DNA of 64,000 nt from Macrostomum lignano (lineage: Eukaryota): the NCBI GenBank assembly GCA_002269645.1, contig NIVC01000735.1:124001-188000 (forward strand). Reading direction: 5' to 3'. The position numbers and the translations under genes are program-made. Under the pieces are notes generated by a model. That model ran no database searches. It worked only from the letters and a program-made list of their open reading frames with translations, and was not told the DNA's origin. Below are positions 21,853-35,625 of this stretch, piece by piece; the first letter of the stretch is position 1, and each line of letters opens with the position of its first letter.

Positions 21853-24800
21853 CAGCGTCTGAGGCGGCGGCCTGCTGGAAGCCGGGTGCGGCGGTGCCGA
21901 TGACGCGGTCGCTGGGCTGCAGCAGCACAATGTTGATGCCGTCCTCCAGCTCGGCCGCGTACTCCTCCTCCTCCTCGCGCTGCGCCGCCGCCTCCTCGTC
22001 CGAGTCGGCCAGGCCGAGGCTGAAGTAGTCCTTCTGCCAGGCCGGCGCCTTCCGCCGACGCCCGGAGCTCGTGTAGCTCGTGCGGGGGTCGTAGTCGTCC
22101 TCGAAGTCCTCCACCAGCTCGGCGTTGTCCACCTGCGGGCGGGCGATCAGCCATTTACAGGGTGCAAGCAAACAGAATTGAGCACCGATAGTCAGCAAAC
22201 CCATCAGCATGAGCACCACAATGTCACAGCCACAAACCCATCAGCACTGAGCACCACAATGTCACAGCCAAAAACCCATCAGCACTGAGCACCACAATGT
22301 CACAGCCACAAACCCATCAGCACTGAGCACCAATGTCACAGCCACAAACCCATCAGCACTGAGCACCACAATGTCACAGCAACAAACCCATCAGCACTGA
22401 GGACCACAATGTCACAGCCACAAACCCATCAGCACTGAGCACCACAATGTCACAGCCACAAACCCATCAGCATGAGCACCACAATGTCACAGCCACAAAC
22501 CCATCAGCATGAGCACCACAATGTCACAGCCACAAACCAATCAGCATGAGCACTAATCTCAAGCAACAGACTCCTCAAGGTGCCACAAGCCACAAATCCA
22601 TCAACATGAGCACCAATCTCAAGCAACAGACTCCTCAAGGTGCCACTGCCACAAACCCATCAGCATGAGCACCAATCTCAAGCAACAGACTCCTCAAGGT
22701 GCCACAGCCACAAACCAATCAGCATGAGCACCAATCTCAAGCAACAGACTCCTCAAGGTGCCACAGCCACAAACCCATCAGCATGAGCACCAATCTCAAG
22801 CAACAGACTCCTCAAGGTGCCACAGCCACAAACCCATCAGCATGAGCACCAATCTCAAGCAACAGACTCCTCAAGGTGCCACTGCCACAAACCCATCAGC
22901 ATGAGCACCAATCTCAAGCAACAGACTCCTCAAGGTGCCACAGCCACAAACCCATCAGCATGAGCACCAATCTCAAGCAACAGACTCCTCAAGGTGCCAC
23001 AAGCCACAAATCCATCAACATGAGCACCAATCTCAAGCAACAGACTCCTCAAGGTGCCACAGCCACAAACCCATCAGCATGAGCACCAATCTCAAGCAAC
23101 AGACTCCTCAAAATGCCACGAACCTCCTCGTAGATCGTGTCCGGATTCGGCCGCACGTAGTTCCCGTCGCCAGCGATGTACTCCTCCTCCTTGTACTCAA
23201 ACACCCGCTGCCGGCCAGCCTCCGCAGTTCCCGTCCGCACCATCCGCGGCCGTCCGATCGGCCGTCCGGTGCTCGTCTTCTGTCCGGCCTGGACGGACGG
23301 CGGCTCCAGCGGGTTCTTCCGCGGCCGGCCCCGGGGCTTCTTGTTCAGCCGCCGCTCCGCCTCCTGAACTCGCTTCAGCGCCTCGTACGCAGACTGGCCC
23401 ATCGCCGAGAGGCCCAGACCGCCATCGTCCGGACCCTCCATCACCGCCGCCTTCCCGTTCTTGAACCTGTCCTCGTTGTCCGCCTCGTCCGTGTAGCCCT
23501 CGCGCTCTCGCCGAATCTTCGACATTGCCTCCTCGAACGTCTTGATCATCTTCGGCTTGCGAGTCGACTTTGGCGGCGCCTTGATCAGCGTGTGGTTCAC
23601 CGGGTCCCGGTTCTGGCTGTGCACCGCGTGGTGCTTCACCAGGTCCGGCTTGCTGTTCGTCACAAAGTCGCAGTTCTGATACTTGCACGAGAACGGACCG
23701 TCGTGGCAGCCGCGGATCGCCAGCTCCTCCTTGTGCACCTCCGCCTTGTGCGCCTCCTTCTCCTCCTTCGACTCGAAGCTGGCCATGCAGTAGCGACACA
23801 CGTGCCGCTTCGACACCCGCAGCGCGTGCGCCCGGGTGATGTGGTGGTTCAGCTGGTTGAACCCCGGGAAGCCCTTCTCGCCACAGATCGGGCACGAGAT
23901 CAGAGTGATGCTCGAGTGAGCCTTCACGTGCGACTTCAGCTCCGACAGCTCGTTGATGTAGCAGTTGCAGGTCACGCAGCGGAACTTCGCCTGCAGACTC
24001 CGCACTGTCGGGCAGCTCCTCGTGTGCTTCTTCAGCGTGTAGATGCTGTCGAACGTCACCGAGCAGCCGTTGCACTCCAGGTGCACGCTGCTCGACCCCA
24101 GCTGCGAATAGTTCTCCCTCAGCTCGTGCTCCCTAGTGCGCAGGTGGGCCACCAGTATGTCGAACGTGGTAAACGACTTGTTGCAAATCTCGCACTTGAA
24201 CGCCCTGTCCATGTTGGGAAAGTGCATCCGCCTGTGCTGCAGCATGTTGGACCGCTGCGTGAACCGCTTCGGGCACTTGTCGCACTTAAACGGCTTCTCA
24301 CCTCGGTGAGCCCGAAGGTGCGCGTCAAACGTGCCGCCGTTGTTCGTCATGTACGTGCACTGCCGGCAGTGGTAGCGAAAGTCCTTCGGGTTCCTCTTCG
24401 GCTTCTTCGCGTCCACGTGGATGCGCCGCGCGTGCAGGAACAGGTCGCTCAGGTTGGCAAAGTACTTGTCGCACTGACGGCACACAAACGCCTTCAGCAG
24501 GTGCCGCTCGCGCAGGTGCTTCGTGAACGCACCGGCATTCGTAAAGTCTGACGGACAATAATTACACTGGTACACCAGCTGGTCTTTGCCCTGCTGGCCG
24601 CCCCGCGACCTCCTCGCATCCTGCGAGTACGCCTGCACCGCGCCGCCCGCCTCCTCTGTCTCCTCGGCGCCGCCCGACGTCAGCTGGATCTGGATCGGGC
24701 CTCCGTCTGCCTGCGCCTGGATCTGCTCAATCACCTCAGATGACAGCTCGAATGTCTCATTGTTGCTCGTTGTCAGCTGGATCTGAACGGGACCGCCAGC

Positions 24801-24950
24801 TGCCTGAGCCTGGATCTGCTGAATCACCTCAGCTGGCAGCTCAATCACCTCGTCACCGCTGCTGCTGCCCAGCTGGATGTGCATGCTGGAGCCGCCCTGG
24901 CCCTCATCGGCAGGGATGTGCTGCATCAACTCGTCTGGCAGCTCGATCAT
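21821..24950 (-). CDS. C2H2 zinc-finger protein, copy A (10 fingers, 2 AT-hooks, acidic tail); exons 24950-23124 and 22132-21821, ~712 aa
   Basis: Ten C-x2/4-C...H-x3/5-H/C motifs with one canonical HRGEKPFKC linker; KKPRGRPRK and RPIGRPRM AT-hooks; phase-0 intron GAG|GT...GCAG|GTG. An upstream exon is possible because the frame stays open to an AG near 24993. Confidence 0.92.
22200..23120 (+). repeat. Composite intronic minisatellite (~38-bp and ~59-bp related units) in ZF copy A
   Basis: CACAATGTCACAGCCACAAACCCATCAGCA.. units followed by ATGAGCACCAATCTCAAGCAACAGACTCCTCAAGGTGCCAC.. units. Confidence 0.93.
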
Positions 24951-27885
24951 TTTTGCACCAGCAACAGCGGGTTGGATTATGGATTTGGTATTCTTTATTT
25001 AGACTTTAGTTCTAATTTAATGATAAACCCATTGAAAATTGTAATTAATAATTATAACAATATTTTATTATTCTTACATTTAATAGAATCATTTTTAGAA
25101 CATACTATAGGTGATATACAAAATTCCTTTTTAATGTACTAAACACAAATCATTTCTTAGGTTTTTTCTAAAATCAATCATATACCTAGATACCAACAAA
25201 CCATTTTAGTATATTTGTTGTGTATGGCCTTTTTGATATTCTTGCTTAAGATACTTGCCAAGTCTTATATATTAGGTTATTAAATTTTAGTGAAAATGTA
25301 GGCTCATCACATTATATAACCTTTTTAGATCTTTGGCCTTTAGATCCATTGTTTTTTTAATTTCTAGTTATATAGGGCTTAATTTATGTAATTAGTTGTT
25401 GGCTATAGAAATATAAAATCCTAAGGCTTCACCCTAAGTTATTTTTTCTTTTGCCACATTTAATAATAACTGTTTATGAATTCTGAAATAGAATTATTAG
25501 AAATGAAATTTTATTACTATAGGGACTATAGCTAGCTATAAAGAGTTTCAAGCTACAAAACTTATATTTAGATTTAGAATTTATATGCAATATGTAGCAT
25601 TTGAAAAGATAAGACATTTTTTATTTTAAATTTGTTTTTTTTATAATTATATTCTTACAAATAATACAATAGCCCTCCTAATATATTTTCAATATGAAGT
25701 ATGGGACTAGTTTTATTCCAAGTTTCTTGTCTCTATTTAAGTTCATTCATTTTAAACTAGCAAAACATTTTAATGCTGAACAATAGGCCTAGTCATTGGT
25801 AAATAGATGAATGAGTTATGCATTTTGTCACATTAGGCCTAACTTGCCATTGCCTCAATTAATTTATTCCCAATGGGCCACTTAAGAAGAATTTGAAAAC
25901 ACAGTATACTAAACTCTTAAACATTAAGTGCTATTATAGGACCTACTACATTAACTCTGTAGAAATAATACCATAATGGATTAGCATCAATTGATAGACC
26001 ACACTAGACAATTTCAAAAAAACTGCTGAAAGATGTCGCGCTGAGAATAACATAAAAGTGATAAAGATACTGAAATTTTCGGCACCATTTTTGGATTGTG
26101 TATTCTTTGACTGTTTTATAAAGCATACATAATATAAATACAAATGTATAATTATAAATTTTAATCAGTTATAACATACATAGAACAGCAGTTATTATTT
26201 GTGTCGTATATTAAAACAAAAAATGATATAAAATCTACAGAGTCATGCAAATTAAGTTTTATTTGCTTCTTGGCATGAATTGAACTGCGTTTTTAAATAA
26301 TAAAAGTCGTTTTCTAATAGCGAAAAATGGACTTTTTTTTTATGTTAAAAAATACAAGCCGTCATCTAATTTAAAATTAGTAAGATCGTTTTTAACGATT
26401 TTTTAACTTGCGAAAGGTCGCAATACGACATAATTTTGGCTGATAATTACAAATAAACGATTCGACTGGCTTTAAAAACAAATTTCTTAAGTTTTAAGGT
26501 AAAAAATTATATCTCATTATCACTGATGGCCTCATCGAATAAACCACGGTTCAAAACAACGTACGTGGTGTCCCATAAAAGGGTCGCATGCGTACATAAC
26601 TGTGAGTGAGCAGTTTTGTCTATAAACTCCGTAACTTGTCAGTTGTGCCGTCAACATGTGCGAGTTTATACTCTCGTCTCGTCTTGAAAAATTATTTAGG
26701 TTCTCTCTGCCAACAATTAATTGCTTCCCTGGATTGCATGGTGGCCATTGTGTAGACAAATTTCACATATATTCATAAAAATTTCAGATACTAAAAGGCG
26801 AGCAGGAACAATGAAAATTAACAAAAACCATGATTTCGACCAGCCTTAGCTACATTCATGTCTTGCATGTACATGCCCTAGCTGTTAGAAAGTCCACGTA
26901 CATAGCCCGTCGCGTCTGATCCATGACGTGGGCACGAGCATCAATCAAGGACCACTAGAAACGCTATATTCTACTAAAGTAGTCATTGGAGCATTTGTAG
27001 TCCCACAAAAGTAGTCGAATAGATTTAAATCGATCAGCTAGTTGATTTGGCAAGACTAATGTGTGTTAAAAAATCTGCTAATTCCTCTAGATGGGCACCG
27101 AATTGCTACGCGCCCCTGCATGAGAAACTGCAGGCAAACCAAGTACCATTGTAGCGGCATGAAGATCCGAAATGAGCAAGCTAGCCCCAAATGCATCCTG
27201 ATATGTATGCAACAGAGTTAACAAAATAGTGCAACAAAGTCGCGGGCCCTCCAAGCTATTTTCGTGACACTGCAGCCAAGACTGTTGATCGTGGCCATCT
27301 CTGACTTCTACCACTATATGCCGGCCTTTGTACGCAAATTCCCCCCTACCAATATTGTTTCTAGTTTCGATTAATATGTAAAAGTTTTTCAAACCATAAA
27401 AATTCAATAAAATTGCATGTACTTTCATACCTCTCCACTTACTATATTAACTGTTTGCTTGTTGAATCATTTGGTTCAAATACATTTCGACCTTGAAGAT
27501 GTTCAATAGTTGGACGAAATGCATCGGCAACTCAAATAAATAACTAAACACTGCATGTTGATACTGACTTTTGTTATTACTTTCGATAGGAGGCAGGCCC
27601 AGTGTTCATCTTTGATACGTTGTATATGCCTTTTTATAGCTCTATCGATATTCATAAAGTTTTTCGTTTAGAAAATTAAGATTCTTTGTTAATGTTTTGT
27701 TCTATACGTACATTACCTGTACTTAAAAATCATAGAAATGTATGGCACAGCTGGACTCATTGGCTTTATGAATCGATTTTATCATCTGACAAAATCTGAT
27801 AAAAGATTTTAAAAGAATTGATTCTGATAAAAGAATCTGATAAAATCTGATAGAATGACAAAATAGATCCATAAAACCAATGAGT

Positions 27886-28317
27886 CGGAATCGACTGTAA
27901 GGGGCGGAATCGACTGTAAGGGGCGGAATCGACTGTAAGGGGGGGGCGGAATCGACTGTAAGGGGCGAAATCGACTGTAAGGGGCGGAATCGACTGTAAG
28001 GGGGGGGAATCGACTGTAAGGGGCGAAATCGACTGTAAGGGGCGGAATCGACTGTAAGGGGGGGGAATCGACTGTAAGGGGCGGAATCGACTGTAAGGGG
28101 CGGAATCGACTGTAAGGGGGGGGCGGAATCGAGTGTTAGGGGGGGGCGGAATCGACTGTAAGGGGGGGGCGGAATCGACTGTAAGGGGGGGGCGGAATCG
28201 ACTGTAAGGGGGGGGGCGGAATCGACTGTAAGGGGCGGAATCGACTGTAAGGGGGGGGGCGGAATCGACTGTAAGGGGCGGAATCGACTGTAAGGGGGGG
28301 CGGAATCGAGTGTTAGG
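27886..28317 (+). repeat. G-rich 20-25-bp minisatellite (G4-9CGGAATCGACTGTAA), ~19 copies
   Basis: Directly visible, with variable G-run length. Confidence 0.95.
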
Positions 28318-28430
28318 AGCTGTGCCATTTTTGTTTAGGCACAGGACATGTACAATTGTACGTAGAATAAAAAGGAGGTTTCCCTACTTGAGTAGGCCTA
28401 GTTCTTGCAGTTTACAGTCTACCTGGGGGG

Positions 28431-28504
28431 GGGGTTGTAGCCTCTTGGTTAGATCGTCGAACTCGCGATTGCAAGGTCGGGGGTTCGATTCTCGACCCAA
28501 CTCG
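28431..28504 (+). mobile_element. tRNA-derived SINE head (or tRNA pseudogene)
   Basis: GGGGTTGTAGCCTCTTGGTTAGA (A box) ... GGGGTTCGATTCTCGACCCA (B box); closely similar to the minus-strand copy at 38043-38117. Confidence 0.65.
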
Positions 28505-28986
28505 GAAAAAACTAGGATCCGAATAGGCTGCAGAGCTGGTCGGTTGCACGTCTGTCCATAATTAGGTCAGGTGAAAAAAGTCACCAAAGAACGGAAAAAA
28601 GAATAGTATTATAAAGAATTAGATATACTAGAAGACATTATTATCATGAACCTATAAACGCAAGGACGACTCCTAAACGTACATGCAGATGGAAGCTGAG
28701 TTTACTCACTCGCTTAACGTCTCTCTACCTGAATATACGGGCTTATGGTATACTGTGGGACTGACGTGTCGCTCTTGCTCACACCGCAGAATATTTAAAC
28801 AATAAATCTCTCAATCTCTCCACGAAACAAATTATGTGTTGACTCTTTTTCCTAAAGTCCAATTTTCTAGTCTCGACGTCCAGGACGGCATGCAGGACTC
28901 CGTCTCCATCACCACTGGAAGCAGCGCCATGGAAAGAATAAATATTAATGAAAGAGGCAGGAAATCTGTGCAATCAATGGATAAAT

Positions 28987-29081
28987 AATCAGTGGGCCCA
29001 GTGCGTGACAATGATTGTCTGGCGAGCGCCGGAAGGCGCGAGCCATAGACAAATCGTTGTCACGTGCTGCGACCGCTGATT
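28987..29081. other. 95-bp imperfect palindrome with a central GCGCC-GGAA-GGCGC stem-loop (foldback/MITE-like)
   Basis: The left arm AATCAGTGGGCCCAGTGCGTGACAATGATTGTCT (28987-29020) pairs with AGACAAATCGTTGTCACGTGCTGCGACCGCTGATT (29047-29081). Confidence 0.75.
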
Positions 29082-30164
29082 CTTTGCATTGTTTTTCTGT
29101 TTGACGATCCTACAGACAATGCATTGTTTGTAGTAATGGATTGTTCTGCATTAAAAATGTGAATAATGATCGTCAAATTGCTAAACAATGCTTCTTGGGC
29201 AATCTGACCCGTCAATAATCTAGCAGGTCAACTGCCTATCTTGAGGCTGAGGTAAATGGCTAAAAGCTGAAGTAAGAAAGTTATGGTTCATTCGGTCTAA
29301 CTTGTTCTGCATACATTGTACTGCATTCGTTCTATTTTAAGCAGGGCAGCAAAGTTTAGTTCACACGTGATTCAAATACTGTTTCCCAGCAGTCAACTCT
29401 AGCTATAGACACTCGAGCATACCCATAAGACTCGATTGCCTTCAACTAATAGCTCAGTTTTAAAAGGCAACAAAATTTAACGCAGCTGAAAATGAGCCAA
29501 ACAACCCTACTGAATATTCGTAGCTTTAGGTATTCCTGCATGGGCTGCGCCGCCTCACCAGCCAGTGGCTCGGGGTGGCTCTCTGCATTCACTGGAAGCC
29601 ACCCGACCGTTCCCCAGGCCATGTCCAAGGTCTGAGCGAATTAATGAATTGGCTTGAATTGATCGCGGCTGCTCGAGCAGCATTCGCGAAGCCACCACCC
29701 GGCAACACTGGTGGGCTGCTGACTGATCTCCGGGGCCTCGCTGCTGCTCTGGAATCGATCGAAGCCTCGGCCTCTGTCCACTCCAGTGGCTCGGGTCTGG
29801 GGGGATCTCTTCCAGCTTGTACAGGGCTCAACCACCGACTGAAGTGGGGCTGCCCAGCACCTCCGATGCCCGCATGTCTTCAGGCCAGAGCCCTATTGTA
29901 GCCAATGCACAGGCAATGGGCAGCAAATAGCAGCGCTCCCTCCCTCCCAGCACCCTCCTCCCCGCCTTCCAGTCCCGGACAGGGCTCGGCGGAGACCGCG
30001 GCATAAAACCGCGGCTGAGCAGGTGGCTTTTCGCCCTGCCCCCTCAGCCTATTCAAGCGCGGACCGGCCGCTTTGCTGAACTCGACTGGCCGCTGTTGGC
30101 TTCTTTTCTAAATGCACACGGCCTGCTACTGCAGCCGCACCGGCAAACTCACGGCGGATTAGCT

Positions 30165-33100
30165 ATGGACACTTTAGCTGAAGACGATTGCATCATGCAG
30201 CAGGTGACCGACCTGCAGCAGCCTCAGGCGGAGCAGACGACGACCAAAGCCTTGACGGAGCCGGATGGCTTACCTAACGGCGAGGCGTCTCTGTCGCCGG
30301 CATCTGATGCGGAGATTCCGACGGAGACGGCGTTGAAAACGGCTTTCGCGTTGGCGGAGCCGGAGGCAGCCGGTGGCGCAGTTGCCGAGGAGAGCTCCGC
30401 CACCGGCCTGGCAACTCCGGCTGCTAAGAGGCGCCGCTACCGAAGCCTGTTTGGCAACATTGGCAAGCTGTGAGCACCTGAGCAGTTTGATGTGTCCGTA
30501 CTGTTCTTTGTTTTATGACTAAGGCTCCACAGGTGCGATTGCTGAATTTTTTGATGTATTTTAGTACCACAATGTAGATAAAATGATCCAGTGAATAAAT
30601 TAATCGAAATAGATTTGTTAAATAAATTTCATTTGACTACTTTTAGTAGAGTAGTATGAATTTTCTGTTATTACATGGACCAAATGCTTAATTAAAATCG
30701 AATATAGAGCTAGTCAATATGACTGACTGAAATGAGATATTGGAATCCAGCTAAATATGGCCGGTCCTCAGTGCTCCATAGCAACTATTGCTTCAACTTG
30801 TCCTGAACCGGAGGCGATTGCACCGCATTCGGTGCATTCAGTGCATTTGAACTTTACGAGCGTAAGCTAACACGATATTAGTTAAGCCAGAGGTTCATCT
30901 CGTTTCCTGAATTCTTAGTTATTCGAGCTTGGATCTCCGAGCTTCTACCAGAACAACAGAGTTGCAAAATGGTGCAAGACTGCGTGTCATCGAGACAAAA
31001 TCCAACGCCCACACCGAGGCCCCAATTCATGCATGACGAGCATTGCTTGAGCTGAGCATTGGGCACGGGAGAGAAAATGTGCTTTGCAATTTTATTAGGC
31101 AGTCGAGCAGCATGCGGTTGTCGGAATGTGGAAGGGAGGTGGGTCTCGCGGGGGAGAAATGCAGAAAGCTATCGGGAATCGGCAGGTGCGCAGCGACCAA
31201 GGAAGGCCCAGTTCTAGACTTTTCCCTGGCGCACTCGCCGAAGCAATATCGCATGCTCAGCGAATCACCCCATGCAGCTCAACCCCCAGTGCTCTCCTGG
31301 GATATCGATTGTTTCTGGGGCTAATGGAAATAGATATTTGCAGGCAATAGAAAAATGCTACGTGAAGAATCGATTCCAAACTCCCCTGCAGGATCACGTT
31401 CAGGCGCAGACAGGAGCAGCCAGCCAGTCCCAGCGCAGTCGCCGAGGCAGCAGCTCAACAGGCTGAGAGCGAGCTGCAGTTCCCCCCTGCCGAGCCCGTT
31501 AGCCTCGACCTGATCGTGCCCGACGCGGAGGCGCTGAGCGGTGGAGGCGCGGAAGATCCGATTACCGGACAGCTCGAACTGCTGGAGTCACTCGATAGCC
31601 CTTCGGTTGCCAAGGAAACAGTTGTCGAGTCGAGCTGCGCAGCTGAGGTGGAAGTTTTCGAGATTCACGAGGAAGAGAAAGTGCAAGTTGAGGACTTGCT
31701 GGAAGGATTTCTTGATCCAACTGAGGACCAGAGAGGACTGCAAGAGGACCAAAAGGATCCGGAGCCTGAGCAGGAAGAAGTGAAAGCGAAGAAAAAGATG
31801 GAGTACGACATGAGCCAAGGTGGTATTTCGACGATCATGGAGGAGACAGAGGAGGCTGTAAAAGCGCAGGAAACCGTGGGTTTCACCGAGGAGGACCTGG
31901 CGCAGCTGGAGTCGGAAATGGACTTGGCAGACTATGACAGCAGAAAGACGATGCCAGAGTCGGTGGCGGAGACGGCGGAGGCGACGGAGGCGGAGAAGTG
32001 CCAAGAAACTCAGCAAACGGAGAAACCAGAGGCCAAGGCGGAGGCAGAGAGGTGCCAAGAAACTCAGCAGACAGCGGAAAAACCAGAGGCCAAGAAATCC
32101 AAGGAGGAACCAGAAGGAAAGTCTCATCGCGTTGCCATTCTCCAGAACCAAATCTCCGAGTCCGACAGCGGCTACGGCTACTCAACTAGCGACTCACCAG
32201 TTGAGGCTGAAGTTGAGAAGTCGGAGAAACCGCAAGTGCAGGTCGACGAGGTAGAAGGCAGCAGCGGTGGCAGCGACGTGTTTCCCAAGGATGTTGAAGA
32301 TTCCCAGCGCACTAAGCAATCAATAGCTAAGAGCGAGGCGCTGATCAGTCCCAGCGAAGAGGAACTGGCGTCCTTCGAGAAGGCGGAGGTGTGCGTTGAA
32401 GATAGCACGGTCGATCTTGTAGACATCTCTGTGAAGCTGGACTCTCTCATCGAGTCAAACAGTCCGGAAAGTCAACCAACGGAGCCCGAGGACAAGCCTG
32501 CCACGAAGCCTGTCTTCAACCGAGTGTCCGAGAGCCAAGATGAGGAAGAGGATGAGGAGATGGAGCCTGTGGAGCTGGACTTGAGCTCGAACCAGTCGGT
32601 CAGGCGACGGCAGATCTTGGAGGCCAAGGCCAGGCGCCAAAGAGAGCTGGAGGCTGCCAGGAAGCAGCAGGAGGAGGTTCTGTCCTGCCTGGCTCCAGCA
32701 GCTCAGGAATATGAGTCGAAGGAGTCGAAGTGCGAGTCCTTGATTCCGGCCTCCCCGGTGAAGGACAAAGACATTGTTGACGGTCTCGGCCCGAGGCGGC
32801 ACTCTCACGAGAACAACTCGTCCGTGGAGAGCTGCACGGAGGGAAGCCGGTCGAGAATGAAATCTCGTCTGCCAGTGAAGCGCAGCGCCTCCTGCCCCCG
32901 CCGCACAGTTGAGGAGTACTCAACGTACATTCGCTCCGGCTCAGCGGCCAAGAAGCCGATCAGTCACTTAATCGAGTCGGGTTACAGCCCGGTTAAAATC
33001 GATTTCAAGCCACTCAGCCGGGCAGCCCCGGAGAAGCGGGAGGAACACCTGGAGAAGGGAGCCGCAAGCGACACTAAGCAGAGCCAGGTCACTGGCCAGA

Positions 33101-35625
33101 CAAGCAGGAGGGGCAGCAAGAAGGTTCACTTCAATTCTCCCACGGTGGACCAAGTTGTCACCTACGCCGCTATCGACAACGACGAGATGAAGCATCGAGA
33201 CAGCGATGAGAATGGACAGCATCTCCCACTCAAGACTAGACAGGCTTCAAGCAGCGCAGGCGGCCGAGTCTCCAGGCACAAGGCTGGAGAAGCGGAGAAA
33301 TCCACCGCCCAACAGCACGGTGAGTTGCTTTCAACAGTGCACCATCTGTTCCAGCAGTTTAGGGTTGCCGGGATGCATGCGTCACCTGTTTATTAATTTA
33401 TTAATTCCAGACGCAGAAAACGAAGTGGAAATAGTTCGTAAGTTTAGCAGCGCAGCAGCTCTGAAAATTAAAATAAACTACAGGTAGCTCAAAGAAAGTA
33501 CACAGTTTCCACTAACTGTGATTTTACAGAGGAGGCTGTTATTGCCAAATCTCCAATCTACAACTGCACAAAGTCGTGGATTAAAGTATCCTTGGACAAT
33601 AGCAGTACAAGTGCGAAAGGTAACCAATGAGGCAAGAAAGTATGAAAAACTATTTGAGCTCTTGGGTTTGGCGGCAGCCAAAATTTTGTTCCACATTCTC
33701 GTTCCAACAAACTCGCACTTCATCACTGGATTGGTCCGCACAGCCTGGCACAAAATCCTTGGCGTTTAATTTTTCTGACACTCGGATTTTTTCTGCTTTT
33801 CGCACGAACACTTTTTTGGCTAATTTGTCTCTAAAAGCCAGAACTGAATTTTGCTGATCAAAATAACAATACGACGCCTTCAACAGTTCGACGCTGTTGA
33901 GAGTTTCTCACATTCTGCCTGTGGCACTGCAAGCTCAGAAGCTCTCAGCTCAATTGTTGAATGCCGCTCCCCGCTGTTCCCAACAGACCGCAGCGCCATC
34001 AAGTCCATCTCCGTCAAGCAGACCCTGGCCAGCCGGAAGCGGCTCGAGAAACTGCACGAGGACGCCGTAAAGCAGCTGGGCCTGCAGGACGAGTCGCAGT
34101 ACATAACGCCGCTGCAGCGCAAGGACCTCGAGGTTAAGGAGCTCAAGCGACAGCTAGACGAGGCGTACTTTGTCATCGAGCAGCGCGAGCTCGAGCTGGA
34201 CGTGTTCCACCACGAGAAGAGCAAGAGTATCAAGGACGCGGTGAAAGACCGGGAGGAGAGAATCGCCGGCCTGCAGGTGCAAATCAACCAGCTGGATAGC
34301 GACTTCTCCTCCCTGCGAGCGCAGCACAGCGAGATTTGCGTCCGAGAGAAGAGTCTGGCCGAGACCCTCGAGAAGCTCAAGGCCGAGTGCGCGGAGAGGG
34401 AGCGCCGGCACCAGGACCTCTACCTGGAGATGTACAGGAAGGGCCGCGACTCTGCCAGGTTCGAGCGGCAGGACGAGGTAAATTTTCTACGCGTTCTTGT
34501 TATTATGCTTTTGCCATGCTTGAATCAAAGAAATGAAACAAAGGTAATAACGCCCGTATCGAGCGGTAGAGTAGCTGCTCTGCTTTTAACGTGTCTAACT
34601 CTTGCACCTAAGTACCTCACAGGTGCAACTCAGTGCGCACCCATTTAAATTTGAGCCCTTGTCCAGCCCCCCCCCGTCCAAGGCACAGAATGCGTGCATG
34701 CCTGTGTACGTACGTGCGCCCCCCCCTCCTCACACTGGCTTGGTTTGCGACAAAGCGCAAACTACCTCGTAAGGTAACTTTCCTATGTCGCTTCCAGATC
34801 GAGAAGCTAGCTGTTTTAGAGCCGGACAAAGTGGCGATGGAGGAACTTCTGGAGAAGCTGGAGATCACGCAGCATGACCTCCAAAAGTGGCAGTCCATCA
34901 AGCTGAAGGAGGTCTACGAAGACAGCGACAAAGCCACAACTGAGGCCGAAGCCAAGCTGCGGTGAGCTCGGGGCGCTTCAACGGCTGCCAGATGATTAGG
35001 GCTTCTTGGGAATTCTGGGGTGCCGAATATAGCAAATCAGTAACGCGTCTTGCTCTCGCGCCAAGGACCCTGCATCAATTCGATTCCACGCAGGGACCTG
35101 CTGATTAGAGCCTGTGCATGTGTAGAGTGCAGTGGGTGTAGCCGGGTGGGAGAGGGCCGCGACCTCCCAATTTGGTTGCTATGGTAGCATGTGGTAGCAT
35201 TGTGCCCCTTACGCTGGTGCCCCTGACACTCCTGACCCCTGACACTAGCGATCGTCTACGGTACTGGCGCCCCTGACATTAGCAATCGTGTACGGTACTG
35301 GCGCCCCTGACACATTAGCGCACCCGAGTCCATGGTGCTGCATGGTGCCAATGATGCTTACTGCCCCTGGAGCTACATGTAGGAAAGGATTCTGGTAGAA
35401 ATTTGATTTAAAAAGCCGCATCGACGTTGCATCAGCTTTCAAATAAGCAGAAACTTTTTTCATAGGTTCCTGCGAGACTCCATGTTCCACTACCTGACAG
35501 AGAAGGACCGCGAGCAGAACCATCAGCACCTGATGGCCATGATCGGCATCTTCAGCTTCACGGACGTGCAGATGAAGCACATCATGAAGTCGTTGGACGA
35601 GCGGCGCAGAAAGGGGAAAATCTGA
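30165..35625 (+). CDS. quick-to-court-like coiled-coil protein with C-terminal GRIP-like domain; exons 30165-30469, 31392-33319, 33987-34477, 34798-34961, 35466-35625
   Basis: All five exons splice in phase by hand (GKL|ITFRRR; G|AC; phase 0; CG|G). YITPLQRKDLEVKELK..LYLEMYRKGRDSARFE and LRFLRDSMFHYLT..HQHLMAMIGIFSFTDVQMKHI resemble the qtc coiled coil and GRIP domain; long acidic low-complexity N-terminus. Confidence 0.75.

Noticed and set aside
22935-24551. 538-aa and 589-aa ORFs antisense to the ZF genes (also 44169-45938)
   Set aside because: Shadow ORFs caused by high GC3; no recognisable motifs.
26526-27430. Possible exons or transposase remnant (MASSNKPRFKTTYVVSHKRVACVHN|GTGAGT and nearby ORFs)
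   Set aside because: Could not build a consistent multi-exon frame or recognise any motif.
28431-28504. Functional tRNA gene
   Set aside because: Poor acceptor-stem pairing, a deviant B box, and a related diverged copy carrying a SINE body indicate a SINE head.
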